A stretch of 64,000 nt of DNA from Bdellovibrionales bacterium GWB1_55_8. GTDB lineage: Bacteria > Bdellovibrionota > UBA1018. Of this stretch, positions 36,269 through 44,146 are shown piece after piece. The stretch is from NCBI GenBank assembly GCA_001769835.1, contig MEPR01000039.1, forward strand, positions 56,101 to 120,100, given 5' to 3'. Each line of letters begins with the position of its first letter. The first letter of the stretch is position 1. The notes under the pieces are model-generated. The model was given only the letters and a program-made list of their open reading frames with translations. It did not search any database and was not told where the DNA came from. The translations under genes were made by a program, and so were the position numbers.

Positions 36269-38455
36269 CAGGTCTAAAATCGAAATTCTATCCTTTGAGA
36301 CTGGCTCCCCGATTCTCCCCTTTTCGAGTTCCGCAAGCTCCCGCGCCTTCAATGTACGAACCGCCTGCTCGGCTTTCGATCGATCGCTGGCAAGCGCCGC
36401 TTCAGCGGACTTGGCAAGAGCCGTATCCGATTGGATCAATTCCTTTTCCCGTCTGAGCTCATCGTCTGAAGGCACCCGCCTTGTTCTGAATTCTGGTTCT
36501 GCGGGAAGTGTAAGTTCCACTTTACTCAGCCAGACGTCAGAAGGAGCACCGGTTCTCGCAGAAGGAGCGAGACAACTTGGGTCTGCGGAGAAAATATTGA
36601 AACTCAGGAAACTTCGATCGGGGGAAAGCGACATCTGAACGTCCAGCTTCGCGTCCCGATGTGATGCAAGCCACAGGGATTTCGGTGTTCTTGAGAAAGA
36701 CGATTTGCAGTTCCTGAATTGAATGGTGCCACTCCACGAGTCAGGTTTGATGGTCAGATCAGCACTGAAATCGCGGCGCGATACCTGGACCTTCACCACA
36801 CCAGCAGCGGCATCGCAGTTCACCTTGAGTTTCACATCAGCAAATTTTTGGCCGTTCGGAACTTCCCCGGCGGAAGCATAATGGGCGATCTCCGGCTTCT
36901 TCGGATCAAAGTCGCGTCTCTCAATCCGCACCTTCTTGGGATGTCCTTTTTTATCGAAAAGGTCAGGATCAGAACAGTAGAGCCTGTAAATCTCTTTCGC
37001 ATCGCGAGATTTCAGACCCCGCGATTTTATGAGATCCGGGAAACGCATACCGGCGGTTTGGATGACTCCGGAAATATCCTCGATCGACTCCGCGCGAATG
37101 ACACCGCCCCCTTCTTTTCGGATAGCCAGATAGACGTTCCCTAGCGAGTCTTTGATTCCGGTTTCCTTGCACCCAACATGACTGCGGTAGAGGCTGAAAT
37201 ACGGGGAGTTATAGTAACCCTCCTTCGCTATACCGCCGACATCACCACCGCCGCCTTTGCCGACATCACCACCGCCGCCTTTGCCGACATCACCACCGCC
37301 GCCTTTGCCGACATCACCACCGCCGCCTTTGCCGACATCACCACTGAACCTCAGTCCAGATGACGAATCCACAAACGGACTCGGACACACGGATTGAAAC
37401 CGTTCCGTAGTAGCGCCGACACGAAAAGTGATCTCGGGCGTGCCCACAGCTCCACCTGGTGTTTGTGTCACCGTCCGGTCGTAGTAATACGGAGACCCTT
37501 CTGCTTTCGAGACATCAAGCCCATTCATGAGCCCTGGAAGGGCCTCATTGATGGTCTCGATCGGAACCGCGACGGACTGGGTTTCGTTCAAGAACGTCTT
37601 CAGAAGTATTCCAGAGAGGAAAGTTTTCGATTCGAAGATCTCACTGGTTCCGCTTCGGGGTACCAAAACGGTGTAAATAATCGGACTGCCACTCATGCCT
37701 GGCCGGACACCCTGCTTCGGCAATAGGACTGCGCTCCTACTCCCGATAAGCGGATGCTCTGCAGCTTGGGTCGCGAGCTCGATTTGCACGGGAAAACGAT
37801 TGGGGATCACCTTCAATCCATCTTCAGTCACTCGTGCGAGATGCAGATTTTCCCGATTGACGAAATCCGCCGCTGTTTGGATGTAATGGCTGCCTTCTGG
37901 CAGCCAGTTTTCGCGATTAATGGGAAGCAGGTGGCGAACTTCAGCCACGGGCAGTTTGAAACCATCCCAAACAAATAAGGGCGTCAGGTCCGAAACAATC
38001 TTCTCTAATTCCAGGACCGCGAGATCCTTCGTCTGGCTGATACCGCGAACTTTTGCCTGAACAACTTTCCCCCCGCAGCGGACCTGGACCTTTTCGGCGC
38101 CTGCGACCACGTGTGCGGCGGTCAAAACGAACAGATGTTTTGGTTCATTGGCCGATTTAAAGACAGAGCCTTGCCCAATCGAGGACAGCGAGTCTTTACC
38201 GGACTGCCTCTGCCCCTCGATCTCGACTACTTCGCACCGGTCCAGAACCGGGGCGTTGTTCGCGATTCGATCCAGCCATCTCACCAGCTCCGGCTCAAGG
38301 AGCGCCTCGCCTGACAAGCCACTATTGCAACAAGGGTCCGCAGTCACTGGCGAAGATGAGCCAGACAAAGCCATTGCAGGGATCATCGATCCCGCGACGC
38401 CGAAGAGAATAGTGAGCACTCGCAGTGGAAAACTGCACATCGTTCGTTTATTCAT
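36233..38455 (-). CDS. Large secreted trypsin-like (S1 family) serine protease with an internal (GDVGKGGG)n tandem repeat and a C-terminal coiled coil
   Basis: Signal peptide MNKRTMCSFPLRVLTILFGVAGSMIPAMA. Catalytic His (VLTAAHVVAG), Asp (KDLAVLEL) and Ser (GMSGSPII) in S1 order. Repeats GDVGKGGG ×4.5, then …ELRREKELIQSDTALAKSAEAALASDRSKAEQAVRTLKARELAELEK. Start chosen at the signal-peptide Met. Confidence 0.6.
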   Translation of the reverse strand: MNKRTMCSFPLRVLTILFGVAGSMIPAMALSGSSSPVTADPCCNSGLSGEALLEPELVRWLDRIANNAPVLDRCEVVEIEGQRQSGKDSLSSIGQGSVFKSANEPKHLFVLTAAHVVAGAEKVQVRCGGKVVQAKVRGISQTKDLAVLELEKIVSDLTPLFVWDGFKLPVAEVRHLLPINRENWLPEGSHYIQTAADFVNRENLHLARVTEDGLKVIPNRFPVQIELATQAAEHPLIGSRSAVLLPKQGVRPGMSGSPIIYTVLVPRSGTSEIFESKTFLSGILLKTFLNETQSVAVPIETINEALPGLMNGLDVSKAEGSPYYYDRTVTQTPGGAVGTPEITFRVGATTERFQSVCPSPFVDSSSGLRFSGDVGKGGGGDVGKGGGGDVGKGGGGDVGKGGGGDVGGIAKEGYYNSPYFSLYRSHVGCKETGIKDSLGNVYLAIRKEGGGVIRAESIEDISGVIQTAGMRFPDLIKSRGLKSRDAKEIYRLYCSDPDLFDKKGHPKKVRIERRDFDPKKPEIAHYASAGEVPNGQKFADVKLKVNCDAAAGVVKVQVSRRDFSADLTIKPDSWSGTIQFRNCKSSFSRTPKSLWLASHRDAKLDVQMSLSPDRSFLSFNIFSADPSCLAPSARTGAPSDVWLSKVELTLPAEPEFRTRRVPSDDELRREKELIQSDTALAKSAEAALASDRSKAEQAVRTLKARELAELEKGRIGEPVSKDRISILDLLIARLEGFLRR
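37222..37345. repeat. Perfect 24-bp tandem repeat (GACATCACCACCGCCGCCTTTGCC) ×4, plus one partial copy at each end (about 5.3 copies), in-frame within the S1 protease gene
   Basis: Seen directly: …gccgacatcaccaccgccgcctttgcc ×4 …gacatcaccactgaa. Encodes GDVGKGGG units on the minus strand. Confidence 0.9.
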
Positions 38456-38534
38456 CGGCATAACCTGGTGACTTCCTAAGTATTCTTTGTCTGCTTGCCG
38501 ATAAGAGTCCTGGAGGGCTCCCGGGAGCTGCGTC

Positions 38535-39728
38535 ATGAAACATAAATACGGCTCTACTGCTCTGAACAAGAGCCCAACACTGAGGAGCAGCGAACTTTCG
38601 GCGATCTACTACTCGCTGGTCGAGATGATCTTGCAAGGCCGCTATGAAGCAACGGCGGAAGCCCTGAACCAACTTCGTCGTGGAAGCCCGTTCACGCATG
38701 ACGATAACGAAGCTATTCGCAGATTGATTGCCGCGCGCCTCGCGATAAAACAAGGCGATGCTGGTGAGGACACATCCTGGCTGGATATTCCAGTTCCGGA
38801 GAATTCCTGGCTTGCTGCTGAAAAGGAAATTGTAAAAGGTCATTGGGAGTATCACCTGCAGAACTTTCCGATGGGCATCACGCACTTTAAGGAGGCGGAG
38901 CGCCAATTCAAAAACCTGGGAATGCTCGATCGGGAGTTCCTCAGCGCTTTCAATCAAATCATCGGCGAAGTCAGTGGCCCCTCTCAGCTCCCCCCCCTTC
39001 AGCAGATCGATCAGCTTCGGCAGTTGGAGATCCGAGTCCGACAGCACCTCGAGAAAGTGGGCTGCGTGCGAGTTCAGGCGCTGATTCATCGACAAAAATC
39101 TCACGCATTTGAGGACCTGACCCTGTTCCACGCGGCGGTGGAAGAGATATCAAAAGCGATACAAATACTGGAGCTTCACGGGCCAGCCTCGGACTATCAA
39201 CTGGCCCTGCTTCAGGCTGCCGACCTGAGCCTGGATTTAGGTGACCAGTTCCGGGGTCGCACCTTTTTCGAATACGTCATTCCACCGCTCGATAAGAGAG
39301 TTGAATTTCCTCATGCCTACATAGCCTGGCGATTGGGCGGACCGCTTCCCGAGCAATCCAATTTTGAAATCCTGCCCGGCGGATGGAAGGAAAAGTTCGA
39401 GAAATTGAGAGCATCCCTCACTCCCGATAACAGTACTCCTCACGAATGGACCTGGAATCTCACCTCAGGTGAGATTCAAAGCCCTGAGCTTCTCAAACCC
39501 ATTCAACTCAAACCAGCAAGCCTGGAAGGGCGCCTCGTACAGATGTTGACCCGCAACAAGGCAACGAAGAACCTTCTAATTGAATCTTTCTGGCCCGGGC
39601 AAAGCGACAGACAGTTACTGGACAACCGCCTGCACAGGATGATCTCCCGCTTGAACAAAAAGTTGTCGAACCTCATCGAGTTTGACGGGAAAAGTTATCG
39701 TCTCAAGCGGCGATTACGGACTAAATGA
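38535..39728 (+). CDS. Atypical transcriptional regulator: N-terminal helical/TPR-like domain and C-terminal OmpR/PhoB-type winged-helix DNA-binding domain, with no receiver domain
   Basis: C-terminus …LEGRLVQMLTRNKATKNLLIESFWPGQSDRQLLDNRLHRMISRLNKKLSNLIEFDGKSYRLK matches the trans_reg_C pattern (LT..E..LL..L…vWg…..ld..i.rLRkKL…i.tvrg.GY.L). Divergently transcribed from the protease gene. Confidence 0.5.
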   Translation: MKHKYGSTALNKSPTLRSSELSAIYYSLVEMILQGRYEATAEALNQLRRGSPFTHDDNEAIRRLIAARLAIKQGDAGEDTSWLDIPVPENSWLAAEKEIVKGHWEYHLQNFPMGITHFKEAERQFKNLGMLDREFLSAFNQIIGEVSGPSQLPPLQQIDQLRQLEIRVRQHLEKVGCVRVQALIHRQKSHAFEDLTLFHAAVEEISKAIQILELHGPASDYQLALLQAADLSLDLGDQFRGRTFFEYVIPPLDKRVEFPHAYIAWRLGGPLPEQSNFEILPGGWKEKFEKLRASLTPDNSTPHEWTWNLTSGEIQSPELLKPIQLKPASLEGRLVQMLTRNKATKNLLIESFWPGQSDRQLLDNRLHRMISRLNKKLSNLIEFDGKSYRLKRRLRTK

Positions 39729-39799
39729 AAGAAATGCCGCCACTCTTCTTCTCGAAGAGGGCGGCATTCTCATGAACGGCTAAATAAACTCCTAGAGCA

Positions 39800-40642
39800 T
39801 CAAAGGACTGAGTCGGAACCCGGAACGCTGACACCCGCTTTGGTGAAATAGGCCTGAAAATCAGCTTCAGAGACTTCCTCGCCGTTGATTTCATACTTGG
39901 TTTCTGTTCCATCGAAGGACTGTTTCAACTCCGCCGAAAAATCCGCATACTCAAGTTTGAGGGCCACGGAGCCGCTGCCATCGGCCTCTGTGCTGCTGAA
40001 TTCCATTTCCACATCGGCTTGCAGTTCGAATTTCACATCACCCTTGGTCTGCGAGTGGACATCGCCCTTAACCTCGCCCTCGATCACGATCGAACCACCG
40101 CTCGTGGAGGTCGTTGCTTTGACTGCGATCTCGCCCGAAAGGTCGAACTTGTCGACATCGTTCAGCTTGCGGAATTCGTCGTCTTTCACTTCGTATTTCA
40201 GCGTGGCGGCGACCTTGGCTTCCGTTTCGCTGCCTGAGCCCTTCATTTCGATATTCATCGAAATCGGGCAGGACACATCAGGCTTGTCGGAAACCTGAAT
40301 TTTGATATTGAAGCTGGTGGCGCTCGTCGAAACAGGTACCGAATAGTCCACCTGACAAAGTTCGTCTGCCAGCTTCTCCTGCATTTCAATGGTGGTGGGA
40401 TCCGTCGTGAGCGCTGCCGAACGTGATCCAGCCGTGCCACTGAGAAAGGACAGCGCATGGAACCGGTTCACAACAGGAAGGGCGAGCGTTGCCGGCGCGC
40501 CAGGAACCGATTGATGAGTGCGGCCCGCGCTTTCGATTGTTGCCGACACGATGGCCTTCTGCTCATCTGTCAGCTTCTTTTGTCCACAACCAGTCACGAC
40601 GAGTGCCATCAGCACGGATACAAGCACAAATGCGTTTCTCAT
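39800..40642 (-). CDS. Hypothetical lipoprotein
   Basis: Lipobox LMALVVTGC. S/T/E/K-rich repetitive beta-rich mature domain. Confidence 0.5.
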   Translation of the reverse strand: MRNAFVLVSVLMALVVTGCGQKKLTDEQKAIVSATIESAGRTHQSVPGAPATLALPVVNRFHALSFLSGTAGSRSAALTTDPTTIEMQEKLADELCQVDYSVPVSTSATSFNIKIQVSDKPDVSCPISMNIEMKGSGSETEAKVAATLKYEVKDDEFRKLNDVDKFDLSGEIAVKATTSTSGGSIVIEGEVKGDVHSQTKGDVKFELQADVEMEFSSTEADGSGSVALKLEYADFSAELKQSFDGTETKYEINGEEVSEADFQAYFTKAGVSVPGSDSVL

Positions 40643-40803
40643 GAGATCTCCTTTTATTTGCAGGGATCATAAGGAAGGAAACGCAAATTCACAAGCTGAC
40701 GCTTCAGCGAAAGACGCATTCGCCTTACGTCTTATTCTGAAGTTATTCAGTTGACAGCCTTGAGCCGTAACCACTCACGGATGACAGTGGATGGATTCCC
40801 TGC

Positions 40804-42285
40804 CTATTTTTGCTTCTGCCCGGTCTGCTGTGCCGCGAAGGCGGCTTCCACGCTCCGGACAATCGAATAGAGCATCCCGGTGGCCTGATCGTAAGTCGTT
40901 CGTTCATCGATTCCCTGCCGGAGAAACGCATTGATCCGCTCGATCGCGAAAATCGCCTGATCGATCTTCGCATTGCTGCCTTTCACATAGGCTCCGATAT
41001 TGATCAGATCCTCGGCCTGCGCGTAGGCTGCCATCCATTCCCTGACCTGGCCTGCCCAGAGATTATGTTCCTTGCTGATCACCGAACGCATCACACGACT
41101 TGCGCTCTGAAGCACATCAACGGCCGGGTAGTGATTGCGTTGCGCGATCTTCCTAGAAAGGACGATGTGCCCGTCCAGAATGGACCGGACGGAGTCCGCG
41201 ATCGGATCATCCATGTCATCGCCTTCCACGAGTACCGTGAACAAGCCCGTGATACTCCCCTTTTTCGGCGCCATGCCGGCGCGTTCAAGAAGCTTCGGAA
41301 GGGTCGAGAACACACTGGGAGTGTAGCCCTTGGAAGCCGGAGGTTCGCCCATGGCCAGCCCGATTTCACGCTGGGCCATCGAGAAGCGGGTCACTGAATC
41401 CATGAGCATCAAAACGTCTTTGCCCTGATCCCGGAAATACTCCGCGATCGTCATTCCAAGGAAGGCCCCGCGCATGCGGAGAAGCGGCGAACGATCAGAG
41501 GTTGAAACGACGACGACCGAACGAGCCAAAGCTTCCGGCCCCAGGTCCCGTTCGATGAACTCCCGGACCTCGCGTCCGCGCTCGCCGATCAGCGCAATCA
41601 CGTTCACCTCGGCCGAGGTATGCCTGGCCATCATCCCTAGCAGGACGGATTTTCCGACACCCGAACCTGCCATGATCCCGACACGCTGGCCCTTGCCACA
41701 AGTCATCAGCCCATTGATGGAACGAATTCCGAGATCCAGGGGCTCGGTAATCATTTCACGCTCGAGAGGATGGGATGGAACCTGGTACAGGCTCCGCTCC
41801 TCCAGCCATTCGCCACGTGAAACCAGCGGTCCCTTGCCGTCGATTGGAACGCCCTTTCCATCGATCACACGGCCGAGAAGCGCGTTTCCAACCGGGACCG
41901 TGGATTTATTCTTTCGAAGAACGACCAGGCTGTCGTTATGGACACCTGAGGCATCTTCAAAGGGCATCAGAAGAACACGCTTGTCGCGAAACCCGATCAC
42001 CTCGGCATCAACGCCTTCGTCCGCTCCTGGTTCGCTTGAGCTGAGAATGCGACAAAGACTTCCGACCGCTGCACCGGGCAGATGCGCCTCGTAAATGAGA
42101 CCAAGAGACTTGGTCACTTTACCGGCATGATTGTAGAGAAGCGTGTGTTTGAGCCGATCCTCGTACTTCGCGGAATCAATCTCCCAGGTCACGTGGTCTC
42201 GCTCCCATGCTCTGTCGAACTGGCGAAGAGAGCCGAGGAGATGCTCTGAAGCTGCGCCTCGACGCTTGCGTTGATCGCGTTCCAC
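40804..42285 (-). CDS. fliI: Flagellum-specific ATP synthase FliI
   Basis: Walker A GSGVGKS, Walker B …VLLMMDSVTRFSMAQREIGL… and an F1/T3SS ATPase fold. The ORF-track start overlaps fliH by 97 nt, so the true start is probably an alternative codon near 42190-42200. Confidence 0.9.
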   Translation of the reverse strand: MERDQRKRRGAASEHLLGSLRQFDRAWERDHVTWEIDSAKYEDRLKHTLLYNHAGKVTKSLGLIYEAHLPGAAVGSLCRILSSSEPGADEGVDAEVIGFRDKRVLLMPFEDASGVHNDSLVVLRKNKSTVPVGNALLGRVIDGKGVPIDGKGPLVSRGEWLEERSLYQVPSHPLEREMITEPLDLGIRSINGLMTCGKGQRVGIMAGSGVGKSVLLGMMARHTSAEVNVIALIGERGREVREFIERDLGPEALARSVVVVSTSDRSPLLRMRGAFLGMTIAEYFRDQGKDVLMLMDSVTRFSMAQREIGLAMGEPPASKGYTPSVFSTLPKLLERAGMAPKKGSITGLFTVLVEGDDMDDPIADSVRSILDGHIVLSRKIAQRNHYPAVDVLQSASRVMRSVISKEHNLWAGQVREWMAAYAQAEDLINIGAYVKGSNAKIDQAIFAIERINAFLRQGIDERTTYDQATGMLYSIVRSVEAAFAAQQTGQKQK

Positions 42286-43082
42286 TCGGTTTCAATGACG
42301 CACCCGCCGAGTTTCACCTGATCAGAAGGCTCGACACTCAGATTCTTGAGATTGCCCAGGGACTGTTCCAGCCCCCGCTTCACCATTTCGGCTGTTTCCG
42401 CATCCTGCTGACTGATATGAATCTTTATGTTCTCGCGTACGCCCACCTTCTCGATCAGTTCGCGTGCCAGGCGCAGCACGTACTCCCCGTCCGTGCTCAT
42501 TTCCCGCAACAGCACCATCCGTCCGATGCGATAGACCAGATCCAGAAGAAACTTCTCGTTCGCGTGATAAACCTGCTCTTTCGCGCCCTCGAATTCCGCG
42601 ATCATCTTCGAAAAGGAGCCGAGACGTTCCTCACCCTCACGCTGAAATTTCGTGAAGGCCTCATGATATCCCTTCTTCAGACCTTCCTCGTAACCCTGCG
42701 CTGAGGCGTTCACACGCGCCTCATCAGCCATGGCAGCGACCCGAGCGCGCACTTTCTCGTCGATGACCCGGCGCTCCTCCTCCTCGATGGAAAGAGGATC
42801 CCTGAGCAGTGAGTTCAGCTTGAAACGGCTGTCTTTCTGCGCCCTGCCCGCCCTTTCGGGATCCGTCACAGCGAGGGCTCCGAATTTCTTCTTTACGTCT
42901 GCGTAGTTCCGGTTCCCGGGCTCGGAAAGCGCCCCGAACTCAAACGATTTGACAACAGTCTTTTCAGCCTCGCCTCCGAGCTTCACCACCCGAGGTTCAG
43001 TTGCGGTGCCTGCGTCCTCCTTGATCTTGATACCGGAATTCTTCTGGGAAGACGGCGGTACATGGGGCGTGAATTTCGACAT
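42189..43082 (-). CDS. fliH: Flagellar assembly protein FliH
   Basis: 297 aa with FliH/YscL-type motifs (…YEEGLKKGYHEAF…, …KLGGCVIETEWNAINASVEAQL…). Sits between fliG and fliI. Confidence 0.7.
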   Translation of the reverse strand: MSKFTPHVPPSSQKNSGIKIKEDAGTATEPRVVKLGGEAEKTVVKSFEFGALSEPGNRNYADVKKKFGALAVTDPERAGRAQKDSRFKLNSLLRDPLSIEEEERRVIDEKVRARVAAMADEARVNASAQGYEEGLKKGYHEAFTKFQREGEERLGSFSKMIAEFEGAKEQVYHANEKFLLDLVYRIGRMVLLREMSTDGEYVLRLARELIEKVGVRENIKIHISQQDAETAEMVKRGLEQSLGNLKNLSVEPSDQVKLGGCVIETEWNAINASVEAQLQSISSALFASSTEHGSETT

Positions 43083-43106
43083 TTCTTTTCCCTGTCAGTC
43101 TTCTTG

Positions 43107-44120
43107 CTAGACCAGCGCGTCGGATTCGCCGCCGCGACTGATGATGATCTTGCCTTCGGCCTCCAGCCGTTTGGCGATATTGACGATTTCCTGCTGAGCC
43201 GCCTCGACATCCGAGAGCCGCACCGGACCCATGGCGTCGAGATCCTCGCGAAGCAGATCGGCCGCGCGCTTGGAGATATTGCGGAAAATCTTGTCCTTGA
43301 TCTCCTCGGGCGCCGTCTTGAGTGCAATGACGAGCTTCTGGTTGTCGACTTCCTTGAGCAGTTGCTGCATCCCGCGATCGTCGATAAAGACGATGTCTTC
43401 GAAGACGAACATGAGTTTGCGAATCTCTTCCGCCAATTGCGGGTCCTTCTCCTCCACGCGAGCCATGATGTTCTGCTCGCTCGTCTTGTCCATGACGTTG
43501 AGCATTTCGGCGATCGGCTGGACGCCGCCGAGCTGCTGGGTGTCGATTGAACCCAGCGTGGCAAGTTCCTGTTTGAGGACATCGTCGACCTGCGCGATGA
43601 GGTTCGGCGAGATAAAATCGAGGTTCGCAATACGAAGCACGACTTCCGTCTGTATCCCTTCCGGAAGCCTTTTAAGCACTTCCGTTTTCTTGTTCGGGTC
43701 CAGATGCGCAAGAATGAGCGCGACTGTCTGCGGATGTTCATTGACCAGGAAGTTCGCGAGAGTTCTCGGGTCCACAAGCTCCAGCGCTTCGAGAGTGCGG
43801 CTGCCCTCGAGTACCGAGAGCTGTCCCAGGACGGTTTTTGCGCGCTCCTCACCCAGTGTGGCCAGAACAAAGTCCCGTCCCTGCGCGTGTCCGAATATCA
43901 GCGTGTCTTCTTCGGCGATCTCCGCATAGAAGGACTCAAGCACCTGCTTGACGACTGGAATCGGCACCTTGGTGACCTGCCCCATCGCACTCACCAGCCG
44001 TTTCACGTCATTATCGCGCATTTTCTTGAAAATCTGAGCGGTCACTTCATTACCCAGGACATTCAGCAGCAACGCTGATCTTTCCAGTCCTGTCAGTTCC
44101 TCGAAGTTTTCGTAAGCCAT
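43107..44120 (-). CDS. fliG: Flagellar motor switch protein FliG
   Basis: 337 aa with an N-terminus starting …LTGLERSALLLNVLGNEVTAQIFKKM… and conserved middle and C-terminal torque-helix regions. Confidence 0.9.
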   Translation of the reverse strand: MAYENFEELTGLERSALLLNVLGNEVTAQIFKKMRDNDVKRLVSAMGQVTKVPIPVVKQVLESFYAEIAEEDTLIFGHAQGRDFVLATLGEERAKTVLGQLSVLEGSRTLEALELVDPRTLANFLVNEHPQTVALILAHLDPNKKTEVLKRLPEGIQTEVVLRIANLDFISPNLIAQVDDVLKQELATLGSIDTQQLGGVQPIAEMLNVMDKTSEQNIMARVEEKDPQLAEEIRKLMFVFEDIVFIDDRGMQQLLKEVDNQKLVIALKTAPEEIKDKIFRNISKRAADLLREDLDAMGPVRLSDVEAAQQEIVNIAKRLEAEGKIIISRGGESDALV

Positions 44121-44146
44121 CGCTTATGCTCCGTTCGTTTCCGCTT

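Noticed and set aside
37178-37363. Regularly spaced 24-bp direct repeats, considered as a possible CRISPR array (also the plus-strand ORF 'ADITTAAF' ×4)
   Set aside because: The repeats are strictly contiguous with no spacers. They lie in-frame within a long minus-strand protease ORF and encode GDVGKGGG units. There are no cas genes nearby. The plus-strand 61-aa ORF is a mirror artefact.
43231-43929. 232-aa plus-strand ORF (Ser-rich) antisense to fliG
   Set aside because: Shadow of the highly conserved fliG.
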